Origin: Octopus bimaculoides
Taxonomy: Eukaryota
Reading direction: 5' to 3'
Assembly: GCF_001194135.2 (NCBI RefSeq)
Contig: NC_068989.1
Span: 89,626,859 to 89,690,858, forward strand
DNA: 64,000 nucleotides
The translations under genes and the position numbers were made by a program. The notes below the pieces were generated by a model. It searched no databases and had not been told where the DNA came from. It worked only from the letters and a program-made list of their open reading frames with translations. Within the stretch, counting starts at the first letter, position 1; each line of letters begins with the position of its first letter. Below, piece after piece: positions 38,472 through 51,639 of this stretch.

Positions 38472-38939
38472 AATATCTAAATATTAATCTCAAGATCTAT
38501 GAATTTTCTTGGCTCAGGGTAAACCTTTAGAAAGGGTTTGGAATTCTTACCTTTAGTATACAGGGTTCCCAAACGCCTGATATAATCAATCAAAACCCAG
38601 TCTGTATATGGAGAGCTAACTTTATTTTATCTATTGTGGCAGCTCCAAANNNNNNNNNNATTCACTGAAATATCTAAATATTAATCTCAAGATCTATGAA
38701 TTTTCTTGGCTCAGGGTAAACCTTTAGAAAGGGTTTGGAATTCTTACCTTTAGTATACAGGGTTCCCAAACGCCTGATATAATCAATCAAAACCCAGTCT
38801 GTATATGGAGAGCTAACTTTATTTTATCTATTGTGGCAGCTCCAAATGTAATTTCAATTTGGGGAGGGGATGGAGAGAAGGGATTAAAAAAAAAAAAAAA
38901 AAAAATCAACTAAATCGTGAAGCATATATTTTTTTTTTT

Positions 38940-39085
38940 AAGCAGGCTTGGCTATGTGGTTCAGAAGGTTGTCTTTGCAAACAGGAGTTTCAGGTTCAAT
39001 CCCAATGCTTGGCACTTTAGGCAAGTGACTTTAACCATGAGTGAAACTGGTAGACAGAAATGAATGAAGCCCATCGGTGCATTAT

Positions 39086-39116
<31 letters not shown>

Positions 39117-39330
39117 CATACATACACGCGTGCCTGTAAGATTCTTGCAACCCCCACTACCAGTGCTTGACAACCGATGTTGGTTTATTCTTCCTCGTAA
39201 CTTAACAGTTTCGCAAGAGACTGATAAAATAAACATCCGACTTGGAAAAAAAAAAAAAAAAAATCTAAGTACTGCGATCGTTTTGTTCGACTAAATTCTT
39301 TCAAAGCATTGCTCCAGCATGACTGAAACA
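38940..39330 (+). mobile_element. SINE family A, degenerate
   Basis: Repeat similarity. Confidence 0.75.
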
Positions 39331-39739
39331 AGCAAACGATAGAATTTACAGATGTATGAAAATACTGTATTGGTCCTTGGAGAAAACGGCTCGGCGAAGG
39401 ATACAAGAGGTAGGCAAAACACCAGCTGGTAGCACCACATTCAAGGAGGACCGGTTCGCACTTATGACGCAGTATTATTTTTTAATCATAAAAGGTGGAC
39501 AGAAACAGTTATTTCGATAAAAGAAAGGAAAACTCGGCCGAAATCAGAAAAAGAAGTTGATTACGACAGACAGATAACAAAAAAAAAAAAAGANNNNNNN
39601 NNNNNNNNNNNNNNNNNNNNNNNNNNNNNNNNNNNNNNNNNNNTACAGAATATAAACGAGAAAGATTTAACTTATTTTTGTTTTTAAAGGACATATTGAA
39701 GTGATACGTTTACTAGTTTAAATTCAAATTTTGAGCTGT

Positions 39740-39777
<38 letters not shown>

Positions 39778-40960
39778 GGGTGTTATTTTTAACAATTAAA
39801 ATAAGGGACACTAAGCATTTTGTCTAACTATACGATAGTTATAGTTGGTCTATGGGGTTTGTTCATAAAGCGCTTAGCTTTCTTCAGATAGGTCATTAAG
39901 GGTCTAAAGAAACCCCGCAAAGCCTAGCGCTTTATGGACTCGAAATCCAGGATAACCCAATAGACCGGTCGTTAACTATAATTACTCTACTGCTCTTATA
40001 ACTTAGAATGTGCTTCTCTTTCGGATTCATGATTTACTGACGATATTATATTATAGTTTACATGTGAACAATCGACACGATACGAACTCGCAGTGACAAT
40101 ATGAATAATAATAATGAGCATAACAACAAAACTGTTTATTTGCCGAAAAACATAAAAAATAAAATTGCTAAGTTGGAAACTCTTACAGAATTAAATGGGC
40201 AGAGAAAATTGGCAATTGCAAAAATGCATGTCTTAATTAAAAATGGACTGAACAATTGGCAGAAAGCCATAGGGATGTCTGATTGTAAACTCCAGAGTTT
40301 GAATTGAGCCAGATATCGAACCTAGCAGAATGTATGAAATATATTTTGTATAAAATATTCCGTGTTTAAGTTGCTGTGTGATCAATGAAGATATTTGGTC
40401 CGATGCTGGGAAAGAGAGTGGAGGTGAAAATGTTTACATTTATAATATTTGTTTACAATTAAAGACAAAAATCACGTGGAGTAAGTAATGGAGGGGGGGG
40501 AGGTTGTTGTGTATAGAATGAACGGAGTTTTATATTGGTTCTATGAAGAAAGTGGAATAATTGTATCTGTAAGAGGGTTCACACATCACAAAAATACAAA
40601 AAAAAACGAAAAACAAAACATTTAGCACTGATCTGTTTTCGGAAAACCTCTTTTTTTACGATTCCAAGCTGGATAAAGCTCTTTTCTCTGTAAAATACAG
40701 AACCAAAGTCAAAAAGTTCAGAATGTTAGTATCACATTTGTTCCCCTATTTTCCTCTTCTGAAGAAAGATGAGGGAGGTCTTGACCCTGGAAAAAGTTAT
40801 TGGTCTTAAAGTCTTCGAGGAAAAAAAAATTTCTTTTTAAGTGAAAATACTGAAGGGAGTCAAGTGAATTTAAAAAGGCATGAAATATATAAGTGAAGAA
40901 AAAAAGTATATCGCAAAATGACGATAGGGACCATGACAAAACTTTCATGAAGACATGGGT

Positions 40961-40976
40961 GGCCCTTAGAAGGGCC
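40961..40976 (-). terminator. Histone 3' stem-loop GGCCCTTCTAAGGGCC followed by ACCCA (H2A)
   Basis: Canonical structure and flanks, 79 nt past the stop, purine run GAAAG downstream. Confidence 0.95.
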
Positions 40977-41054
40977 GTTGGATTGATTGATGCTTTAACA
41001 GCAAGATTGGTGCCACGACTCGTTTCTTTTTCTCCATTTCTCTCATTTTTTTCT

Positions 41055-41432
41055 TTACTTGGCAGCCTTCTGTGTCTTCTTTGGTAGAAGGACGGCCTGG
41101 ATGTTGGGCAAGACACCTCCCTGGGCAATGGTCACTCCGGACAGGAGTTTATTTAATTCCTCGTCGTTGCGGATAGCCAACTGCAAGTGACGGGGGATGA
41201 TTCGAGACTTCTTGTTGTCCCTGGCAGCATTACCTGCCAATTCCAACACTTCTGCGGCCAAGTACTCCATCACGGCAGCCAGGTAGACTGGGGCACCGGC
41301 ACCAACACGCTGGGCGTAGTTACCCTTGCGGAGTAGACGATGGATCCTGCCGACTGGGAACTGAAGTCCGGCACGAGACGACCGGGTCTTACTCTTTCCC
41401 TTCACTTTACCTCCTTTACCACGTCCTGACAT
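41055..41432 (-). CDS. H2A: Histone H2A, replication-dependent type, 125 aa
   Basis: [22 protein letters not shown]...VLLPKKT. Confidence 0.99.
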   Translation of the reverse strand: MSGRGKGGKVKGKSKTRSSRAGLQFPVGRIHRLLRKGNYAQRVGAGAPVYLAAVMEYLAAEVLELAGNAARDNKKSRIIPRHLQLAIRNDEELNKLLSGVTIAQGGVLPNIQAVLLPKKTQKAAK

Positions 41433-41493
41433 ATTTCTGTTTAGCTAAGGCGTTTCTCAATTGACAACTGTCTTAAAATGGCTGAAATTTTCC

Positions 41494-41663
41494 TTTAAAT
41501 ACCTTCCGATAGGCTCCAGCCGACTGACGCTTGCGAAAGCTGTTTTAACCAATCAGCGTACAGCTTAGACGCCACGGCTTGCATAGCGCGAGGTAGATCG
41601 ACCGCGCTTATTCACATAGCGTTCACAAAGCGAAGGCTCATGCTGAGAAACATTTCAACCAAT
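41494..41663 (-). promoter_or_regulatory. H2A promoter: TATTTAAA (41501-41494) and two AACCAATCAG boxes (CCAAT at 41549, 41659)
   Basis: Motifs upstream of H2A. Confidence 0.6.
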
Positions 41664-42059
41664 CAGAGATGCTGATAGACTATTCGGCTACGAGCAATCT
41701 ATTGAAACACATCTGATACTACAAACAATAGTCCCGCCTTATTGATGTCAGTCAGCAATGTAAAATTATTCTGGCTGTTTGGAACTGCTATAGTACTTTC
41801 TCTTGTAGTCTCTCACTCTCTTTGTTCGAGATGATGGTGGTTGCGGCAAATGTTATTACTGAGAGACACAACTATCTTATTTAATTAATGCACAACTCAA
41901 TTCCTCTGCCGCTTTCTCCCCCCCTCCCCCTCTTACTTCCTCTCTGTTATTTTTTGTTATCTTCGTCTTGCTTTTTACGCATCTCTAACTTGGCGCGCGC
42001 GCGCGTATGTATGTATGTATGTATTATAAAGAGATATGTATAAGTAGAGGTGTGACAAT

Positions 42060-42267
42060 GTGACCACAAGTTTGCTTTCCAACCACATGGTTTCGGGTTC
42101 AGTCCTACTGCGTTCTACCTTGAGCAAGTGTCTTCTACAGCCCAATCAAAGACTTGTGAGCGGATTTGGTAGACAGAAACTGTTGAAGACTGTCGTGTGT
42201 GTGTGTATACATATATATATATATGTGTGTGTGTATGTATATACGTGTATATATGTATATATATACA

Positions 42268-42301
<34 letters not shown>

Positions 42302-42500
42302 CTTACACGTGTATATATATGTGTGTTTGTAAATATATGTATATATATATATATATGTGTGTGTAAATATATGTATATATATATGTGTGTGTATATGTAA
42401 TTTATTTTATTTGACTGGCCATGCTGGAGCACTGCCTTTAGCCGAACAAATTGACTCCAGGACTTATTCTTTGTGAGCCTAATACTTATTCTATCGGTCC
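42060..42500 (+). mobile_element. SINE family A with an expanded internal (TA/TG)n
   Basis: Head and tail flank about 200 bp of microsatellite. Confidence 0.8.
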
Positions 42501-42514
42501 TTTTTGCTGAACTG

Positions 42515-42557
<43 letters not shown>

Positions 42558-42879
42558 TATATATACATACATGTGTGTATACTTATAAATCCAATACATG
42601 TGTGTGTACTAATATATTTGTTTGTATGCGTATGTTATCGTTTTCACTAATTTTCCATGCTTTCATGGATGGAATGAGATTCGTTGAGGCACTAAATACC
42701 ATTTGGAATAATTTTGTCACCAACTTTCACCTGTTTCCAAACAACGAAATATTCTTCATTAATTTGAATTTTTTTCACAAAAGATTGCAAACAATCGGTG
42801 CTTATATGACGGTTGTGTATAACATTCACTGTATGACAGAGAAGCTGGATTTTAGATTTAAAAAACAAGGAGACACACA

Positions 42880-43220
42880 CACATGCATGCACTCATACAT
42901 AATTCAAACATACACGTTTACACACATACATACACACATGCATTCATACGTACACATACATACAAGCATACACGCATACATTAGTACTCACACACATTCA
43001 TGTATACATATACACACTTGCATTCATACATACATAGACATTAATTCATGCATACATTCATACATACAAGCATGCACACACATTAATACATACATCCATA
43101 TATACATACTCATGCATTCATACATACACACATTAATACATATATACACACATACATCCATATATACATACTCATGCATACACATATATATGCACACACA
43201 AACATGCTTTCATACATATA
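42880..43220. repeat. (CATA/CA)n degenerate microsatellite
   Basis: Direct reading. Confidence 0.9.
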
Positions 43221-43870
43221 CAACAGGCTTCTTTTCCTTTGGCCCAAGCTACTGCATTATGGGATTGAACTTGAATCAACATGGCTGCAAAGCAAACTTT
43301 ACAACCAAGTCTATCATTTCTTAAGATTTATTGCTGTAATAAATGCTTTAAATCTTTTATCTTTCACTTGTTTCATTCACTGGACTACAGCCATACAGAA
43401 GTACTGCTTTAGAGGGGTTAAACTAATCAACCCCCAGGACTCATTTTTAAGTTTGGTGCCACTGGTTCTACATAAAAGACACCCAGTACACTCTATAAAG
43501 TGGTTGGCATTTGGAAGGGCATCCAGATGTAGAGATCATGCCAAAACAATGGATCTCAGTGTGGCCCCTGGCCTTGCTGTTCAACCCATGCCAGCATGGG
43601 AAACGGATGTTAAATGATGATGTTGATGTACTTGTTGAATTGGTCTCTTTGCCCAACATCTAAGCTGCAGGTGTGTAAACAGATCAAAACTGGTTGCCAA
43701 GCAATGACAGGTGGACAAACACAAAGACACATATATGGTGGAACGAAGGCTTTTCTTTAGCTGACATGTTCATATTTTTCCTTGAGAAGAAGGCATGGCA
43801 AAGCCAAGCAGGGACCTACATGCCCCAAGCAAAAGCTAGACAGCAACTGACACACTCCTCCTGCTGATAA

Positions 43871-43952
43871 TGCCAGCTTGTCACCAGTCACTGTTGGCAA
43901 CTTGTCACCAGTCATTGTTGCCAGCTTGTCACCAGTCACTGTTGCCAGCTTG
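43871..43952. repeat. 24-bp minisatellite gccagcttgtcaccagtcactgtt, about 3.3 copies
   Basis: Direct reading. Confidence 0.9.
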
Positions 43953-44109
43953 TGTGTTCATTATTCAAGCAATGTTTGTCACCTGAGACATTTTGGGTTT
44001 GAAAAACTATTCGTAAACTGATTTGTTTGTGAAAAGTGGTATTCATAAACCAAGGCACAACGGAATATGTGTGTGGTTCTATTGGCCGTCACACAGTTGC
44101 CATCTGGCA

Positions 44110-44610
44110 GGAGTGGCTGTGTGGTAAGAAGCTTGCTTCCCAACCACATGGTTCCGGGTTCAGTTCCACTGTGTAACACCCTGGGCAAATGTCACAAAAC
44201 CTTGTGAGTGGATTTGGTAGATGGAAACTGAAAGAAGCCTGTCGTACATTCTTTATTTTCTCTCCTTGTTTCTTTCTGTGGAAGAGTGTAGGCTCGAAAT
44301 GTTAAAGACTTTTTCACTTCCCGAGCTTTAAACTAATACATCTGTTTGTTGTCTACACTTCCTGTCTTCGTTTTTTGTTTTTTTGTGAATTCTCCCCCTA
44401 TAAATATATATGTGTGTGTGTGTGTTTGTCCCTACCATCATTGCTTGACAATTGATGTTGGTGTGTTTACGTCCCTGTAACTTAGTAGCTCGGCAAAAGA
44501 GACTGATAGAATAAGTACCAGGCTTACAAAGAATAAGTCCAGGGGTCGATTTGTTCAACTAAAGGTGGAGCTCCAGCATGGCCACAAGCAAATGACAAAC
44601 AAGTAAAAAT
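44110..44610 (+). mobile_element. SINE family A, interrupted
   Basis: Repeat similarity. Confidence 0.75.
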
Positions 44611-45529
44611 AAAAAGAGCATTAGTTAGCCTGCAGTTATTGTAGAATATACTTGCCTAAGATGCCGCATAGTGGGACTGAACCTGAAACCACATGGGTTG
44701 CAATGCAAGCTTTTTAAGCACAAAACCATAACAGTACCTATGAAGATTTTTTCCTTCCTAATTTCTTCTCTTTACATTCACAAAATGGATGTTTGCAAGA
44801 TTGTGGGTTCGATTCCAAGACCAATCAGTGCTTTGTGTTCAGAAGCAAAACACTTCATTTCACGTTGGTCCAGTCCACTCAGCTGTAAATGAGTAACACT
44901 GCAACATACAAGCTTTCTGGTGAGGGAGGACATTGGCTCTAAAGCTAAAACGATGCAAAGCGCACTGTGACCAGTGATGTATAACAACATCCAATAGTCT
45001 GATCGATCATGTGATTGCATTCACCAAAACAGTCTTTTTAATCATTTTCTTTTTTTAACTCATCAATTTGTAAATGACTTTTATGGTTAATATCTGGAAA
45101 GACTAAAGTAGCAAAAGCTGGCAGAATCATTAGCATGCTGGGGAAAATGCTTAGCAGTGTTTTTTCCATTTTAATGTTCTGAGTTCAAATTCTAGTAAGG
45201 TCAGCTTTACCTTTTATTCTTTCAGGGTTCATAAAAATAAGAACCAGTTGAACATGGAGTCCACCATATAATCAACAAACCCTGCTCCCCTAGTTTTCCA
45301 GGCCTTGTGCCAAAATTTGAAACCAATATTTGCAAAAGAACTTTATTTCAGATTGTATAACTTAAAAATTTAGATTTATTTTCAAAAGGAAACAGTTTTA
45401 AAGAAAGAGAATACTATTTCAGCTTTATTGGAGATATAAAGTTCAAACTGTCTTTGCTAGAATACATAACAAAATTTCCTGTCTGATCAGTAAATATATA
45501 AAAATATTTAAATTTGCTATTTATGGTTG

Positions 45530-46610
45530 GCTGCCCTTCCTAACCCTAACCACTTTAGAGAGTGGACTGGATGCTTTTTTATGTGACACCTGCACTAACA
45601 AGGTCACCAAGTAACTTGCAAGACAAGATCCTTTCAGAGGGGGCAAGGTATTGAAGGAGATGGCTTTGTGCCAAGTGATGAGGGGTTAGAGTATGACAGA
45701 AGGACAGAGGCAAGTGTGTTGCTGTAGAGAAGATAGATGGTTACCCCAGTCAGGGGGAGAAAGCAAGAGTGGAAGAGACAAGATGGTGATGTACCAGGGT
45801 ATACTCTCAAGATACTTCATTCCGTGTGTTCCTGGGTCTCCTTCTTTCACAGGTGCCATCCAATTTCAGTGATTGGTACTTCTTTATACAGCTGTCCTCA
45901 TTTATACGCATCACATGTCCAAACCAACATCATCTTCTCTCTCGCATACTGCATCTGATTCCTCTTACACCTGACTTTTCTCTTGGCACATTTGCACTTT
46001 GTTGTACATGCACACTAACTTCGTTGCTCTGTCGTCTACTCGTATCCTCTGCATTCAGAGTCCATGTCTCACTACCATGGAGCATACTGTTAGTACACAC
46101 ACATCATCCAGTCTGCCTTTCACCCTGAGAGAGAGTCATTTTGTTGTGAGCAGAGGTAAAAGCCGTCTGCACTTCCTCCATCCTATTCTCGCAACAATAC
46201 TTTCAGAGTATCTTTCATCACTGCTAATTTGATCACCTAGGTAACAGAAACTATCTACAACCCCGAGAGAGCTTTCTGAGCATGTTTGAGAGTCTAATTT
46301 CCATGGGTCCTTAGTATTCATTGTTCCTGCGCATCTGAAGCCAACTTTCTCTGTTAACCTACCTGTGGTTTCACTGTACCTCTTGTGTCCGTAGCTTCTA
46401 CTGGCTGCAACAAATGGAATTTCTTCCAATACTTTTCCTACACATTGAACATGGCCGTTTACCCGACAAAAAGAGAGTTTTCTTGCTAACAGCAACTTTG
46501 GTCTTTGCTAGATTAACTTTGAGGCCCTTTGATTTCAGGTTTTGCCTCCATACATGAAATTCCTTCTCCAATTCTGCTATAAGAGCAAGGTCATCAGCAT
46601 GTCAGTCATA
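45530..46610 (-). mobile_element. Decayed RTE-clade LINE: RT motif remnant to 3' UTR
   Basis: HADDLAL near 46590, VDSFCYLGDQIS..SIVARI, similarity to 61307-61675. Confidence 0.85.
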
Positions 46611-48444
46611 CTGTTTATGTAGACATATTTGTATTCAAAATATAACTTGCAGTGCTGGCTTTGAATTCTATAGAAAATCTATAAACTTCCAAGAGAGAAT
46701 ATTGCACTGCTAACACAAGGCAAAATACAGTATTGACTTGTAAACCTGTCACATACTGAGCAGTACAATATGGTTGCAAAACGAAATAGTGTCCATGTAG
46801 TAAAAATAAAATATATATATATATACATACATATATATAATCATTTCATTGAAATCTTATAAGCTGACAAGGCAAAATGAGTTTAACCCCAGGCATGGTG
46901 AGAGCCACTGATGAGCTTTAAGCATCAAAATGTGAAATCATCGGTGATCTGGCTCTGTCTGCAACCGTAGGGAGTTTGTCTCCCTTGTCAGCTCATTAAG
47001 ACAGTGCTTCTGTGGCTATTCAGTTGTTTTGACTCTTATTTCTAGCAATGCTGGTGCTGATTAGTACCCTTGTTCACTTTAGTGACGCATGTATATATAC
47101 AAAGCAAACTTCGTTTGTTTGTTTACGTTTATTGTAATTTGAATTTAATATATATATTTATTTATAGCCTGTCATGATAGTTGCATAAACATGAGTTTCT
47201 ATTTCTTCATTTTACATTTTCTGCTTTTTTCTCTTCCATGTCTGTCCTAACTTTCAAAACAAGAGTGACTGCTTGAAATGTAAAAAACATTCTTTTTCTT
47301 CCTATTTCCTAAACAATTTCCCACTGTTTTTTTTTATCTCATTTTTGTGTTTTATTTTTATTCATTTTTTTTTTTGCACCACTTACTCACATTGTTAATG
47401 GCTTAGAAAAGTGGGTTGGTTTAGATTTTCTCTTCCTATCTATGTTTAAAATTATCTCATGATAGTGGATGTTTTCCATAATGTAATTGTAATGATAAAA
47501 CTATTTATCAATAAAAAAATTATACTGAAACAGATGTTTTGAATTTTTATACTCAACTCCACTTGTGTTCTTATATATATATCATCATCATCATCATCGT
47601 TTAACGTCCGCTTTCCATGCTAGCATGGGTTGGACGATTTGACTGAGGACTGGTGCAACCGGATGGCTACACCAGGCTCATATATATATACATATATAAA
47701 TATGCTGTGCTTGAGAAGACCTGGCAAGTCAAGTGAGACCATAACCTGTGGCCTATGCCAGTGGTATAACCAGCCCACTTATGTGTACCTTTCCTTCATT
47801 GGACACTAAACTCAGCTTTGCGAAAACCTGTTGAGGCAAGTGAAATTGAAATCAAATTCAATGACTGGCATCCGTGCTAGTGGAGCACTAAAAGCACCAT
47901 CTGAGTGTGATCGTTGCTAGGGCCACTGACTGGCTCCCATGCCGGTGGCACGTAAAAAGCACTATTTGAGTGTGATCATTACCAGCGTTGCCTTACTGGC
48001 ACTCATGTTAGGGGCTGCTGATCTAGGTCACTAAAACTTGTGGCACCACAAATTCGAAACAACTTAAACAAAATTTCTTGACCAAACTAATAACATGGAT
48101 TTTCAAAGATGTTAATTAAAAAAAAAAAGTGAAAAAGAAAATGATTGTAACTAACATTTTTTATCCTCATCTTTAGTCTGCATCACTGTAAATGGAGAAT
48201 TACTGTTGGTGAAACAAGGTGTTAGTATCAGAGAACAGAGTCATAACCAGCTGAAGATGGATACTATATAATATCCTTTCTACTTTAGGCACAAAGCCTG
48301 AAATATTGGGGGAGGGGGGTCAGTCGATCATATTGATCTCCAGTACTTGACTGGTACTTTATTTATTGACCCCGAAAGGATGAAAGGCAAAGTTGACCTC
48401 AGCAGAATTTAAAATCAGAACATAGCTATGGGCGAAATACTGCT

Positions 48445-48715
48445 AAGCTTTGACTGGCTTCTGTGCCAGTGGCATGTAAAAAGCACCAACCGATCATGGT
48501 CGTTGCCAGCTCCCCTCTGGTCCCTGTGCTGGTGGCACATAAAAAGCACCCATTACACTCTCAGAGTGGTTGGCATTAGGAAGGGCATCCAGCTGTTAAA
48601 ACCTTGCCAGATTAGATTGGAGCCTGGTGCAGCCACTGGCTCTCCAGACCTCAATCAAACCATCCAACCCATGCCAGCATGGAAAGTGGATGTTAAACGA
48701 TGATGATGACGATGA
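48445..48715 (+). mobile_element. RTE 3'-tail copy between two SINE B pieces
   Basis: Tail similarity. Confidence 0.85.
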
Positions 48716-49119
48716 CCCCAAAAGGATGAAAGGCAAAGTTAACCTTGGTGGAATTTGAAACTCAGAACATAGAGATGGACAAAATGCTACTTAGCATGCT
48801 AATGGTTCTGCCAACTCACCATCTTAGAATATCAATACATATGGCACTCTCTTTTCTCTTGCTGTTGCTTTTAATCCCATGCCATCTTTGCTCAAACAGG
48901 TACATAAACAAAATTATCTCAGGCATAGTTTACCTTGGACTAAAACAATTCAATGTGTACTGTTTTTCCTTTTAAGAAGGTAGGTTGTAATTTTGAGGCT
49001 GTCCTGCCCAGTACTTCTAGCCAAACCATACACTGTATATTATAAGTTACTTCTTATGATATATAGTGGACAAGGCAGTGAGCTGCCAGAATCGTTAGCA
49101 CGCTGGGCAAAATCATCAT

Positions 49120-49420
49120 CATCATCATCATCATCATTTAACGTCCGTTTTCCATGCTAGCATGGGTTGGACAACCAGACAGGGGTCTGGGAAGCCAGGA
49201 GGCTGCACCAGGCTCCAGTCTGATCTGGCAGTGTTTCTACAGCTGGATGCCCTTCCTAACGCCAACCACTCCAAGAGTGTAGTGGGTGCTTCTTATGTGC
49301 CGCTGGTATGGGAGCCAGTCAGGTGGTGGTACTGGGATCGACCATGCTTGAATGGTGCTTTTTACGTGTGACCGGGACAGGAGCCAGTCAGGCAGCACTG
49401 GCATTGACCACACTTGAATG
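49120..49420 (-). mobile_element. RTE 3'-tail copy
   Basis: Tail similarity. Confidence 0.85.
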
Positions 49421-49524
49421 GGATGTGAGCTTATATAATAACATAGTACAATGTACGACAACAATGAATGGAAACAGAAACAGCAGGGATAAGTATAAAG
49501 AGAAAAAAAAAAAGCCCATCATAC

Positions 49525-49661
49525 TCAGGTGGTGTGATTTTAGCAGGATCAACATCTCTGAGCCAAGCACAATTTAAAGCTTGTTCAGCACTGCATCGCC
49601 GACTTGGATCAAGTTCTAACATACAATCAAGCAGGTCTAGAGCTGGCTTGGGAATAAAGGA
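49525..49661 (-). pseudogene. Orphan CDK12/13-like exon fragment (end of kinase domain)
   Basis: [46 protein letters not shown] versus CDK12 [37 protein letters not shown]..MAPPD; gtatga donor retained; no other kinase exons seen. Confidence 0.8.
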
Positions 49662-49662
49662 C

Positions 49663-50541
49663 GTATTCTTTTGATATGACTCAACAAAATCAAAACACTT
49701 CAATTCGGTTGTTTCCATGAGAACACATGTCTGTGTCTTGTCAACTGTCAGTTGACAAAATGGGAGGAGGAGGAGAAGAAAGCTAATGGGTTGTATGTGT
49801 GTGCATGCTTGTTCTTGTCTGTGCCTGTGTGTATACGTGCTTGTTCTTGTCTGTGTGTGTGTGTGTGTGTGTGTGCCTGTTCTGTTTTTATGTATTTATG
49901 TGTTGTGGAATATAGATTTAATGAAATTATGCCCAGCAATGTCTCATTTTAAACTTGAAGAAAAAAAGCCTTGCATATTTGTTCTTACCTGCTTCATGCC
50001 TGTGTGTAAAATCCATAAATTTCCAAACAGAAAACGAGAATGCTGTATCAATTATAGCAGTCCATGTTTTTTTTTTTTTTAAACCACTAAAGAGCAGAAA
50101 TATTGCAACATGCATGGAGAAAATGAGGGATTATGCAACACATTTTATGAATTTCATAATAACCATTCTTGAAGTTTAAATTAGACAGTATAATACTGCC
50201 TAACGCATTTTATGAAATTCATAAAAGTATTGACTCTGTTGTATTGTTGCCAACTAAACTCAAACAGATATGTTGAAAATAACACAAGGCTTTTTTTTCT
50301 TCAAGTTTAAAATGAGACATTTCTGGGCATAATTTCGTTAAATCTATATTCCACAACACATAAAAACATAAAACAGAACAGGAACAGACAAGAACAAGCA
50401 CGCACACATGTACAACCCATTAGCTTTCTTCTCTTCCTCACAATTTCTTCAACTGACAGTTGACAAGACACAGAGATGTGCTTTCATGGAAACAGCCAAA
50501 TTGAAGTGTTTCAATTTTGTCGAGTCATATCGAAAGAATAC
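49663..50541. repeat. Fold-back inverted repeat, arms 49663-49973 and 50285-50541, ~310-bp spacer
   Basis: Arms align along their length with scattered mismatches and a (GT)n length difference. Confidence 0.9.
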
Positions 50542-51368
50542 CATAAATGAAAATCCTTAAAACAAATACCAGTTGAACACTGGGGTCAATTTAATAGACT
50601 CATCCCCTCCCCCCAAAATTGCTGGCATTGTGCCAAAATTTGAAACCAATGTCTTTTGTTTGGTAGTATTCAGCAAACAGTCCCAAGTGGCGCTTGGTAG
50701 AAGTGGGCCACGGCACTGACCACTCACATTTTGATCTGTCCTGGTTCCATCTACAAGAGAACAAAGGGGGGGGGGGTGAAAGAAAAAGAAAAAAAACATG
50801 CTTTCTCTCTTCAGTACTTTTAATTAAGACATTAAGATATTCCTGCTGCTGCTGGCTTTGGTCAGTCGGTCAGCTGGTCACCAAATGGACACGTAGTACA
50901 ACAATATTATGATATGGCATGGTACAGCATGATATGATTTCAAAGTTTTTTTAAGTACAGTAAAAGCCAGAATTGAAGGAAACTAGAGATGGATCAGCGT
51001 TGACAAAATTAGTCCATAACAAGTGAACGGGGTTTAATGTTTCATGCCTGGCAGTTTGTCCCCGAATGAGGAAAAGGGAGAGAAAAAAAGTGGTGTTGCT
51101 TCTTGGGCTAGATACCCTTTACTTGCCTTCAGATCAAGGGACAAGTCCACCTTTTATTTTCTTGCCTCACTGTCAGACAAATGAAGGGTGACGTCAGAAC
51201 CTGGAGCCTCCACACTCCTCCTGGTGAATGAATTTATTGATTTCTCTCTCTCTCTTTCTTTCGATTTTTAAGTAGTTGGTAGGTTATCTCTGGTTTATGG
51301 ATGTCTGTCTTCTTTGATTTTATTCTTCTGATGAAAGCTGGCACTGGTGAGGAATGACGAAAGGAAAC

Positions 51369-51399
<31 letters not shown>

Positions 51400-51639
51400 G
51401 TTGTGATAGCATCTTCTGTTACTTCTACTGCTACTATTGTTGTTGTTACTATTATTGTTACTACTGTGTTGTCATGACTGATGTTGTTAGTAACAACAAA
51501 GTTGACTTAAAAGGATTAGAACTCAGAACCAAGGTTTGACAAAACTAAAAATCCTGCAGAGTATTTAGTCTGGTGTCTCCTACGAGCATGATCCCTTCCC
51601 CACCAACCAATACACCTTTATAGATAAATATTCTAATAT

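Noticed and set aside
40718-41128. 136-aa ORF overlapping the H2A 3' end
   Set aside because: Alternative frame across the H2A end and UTR, no recognisable protein features
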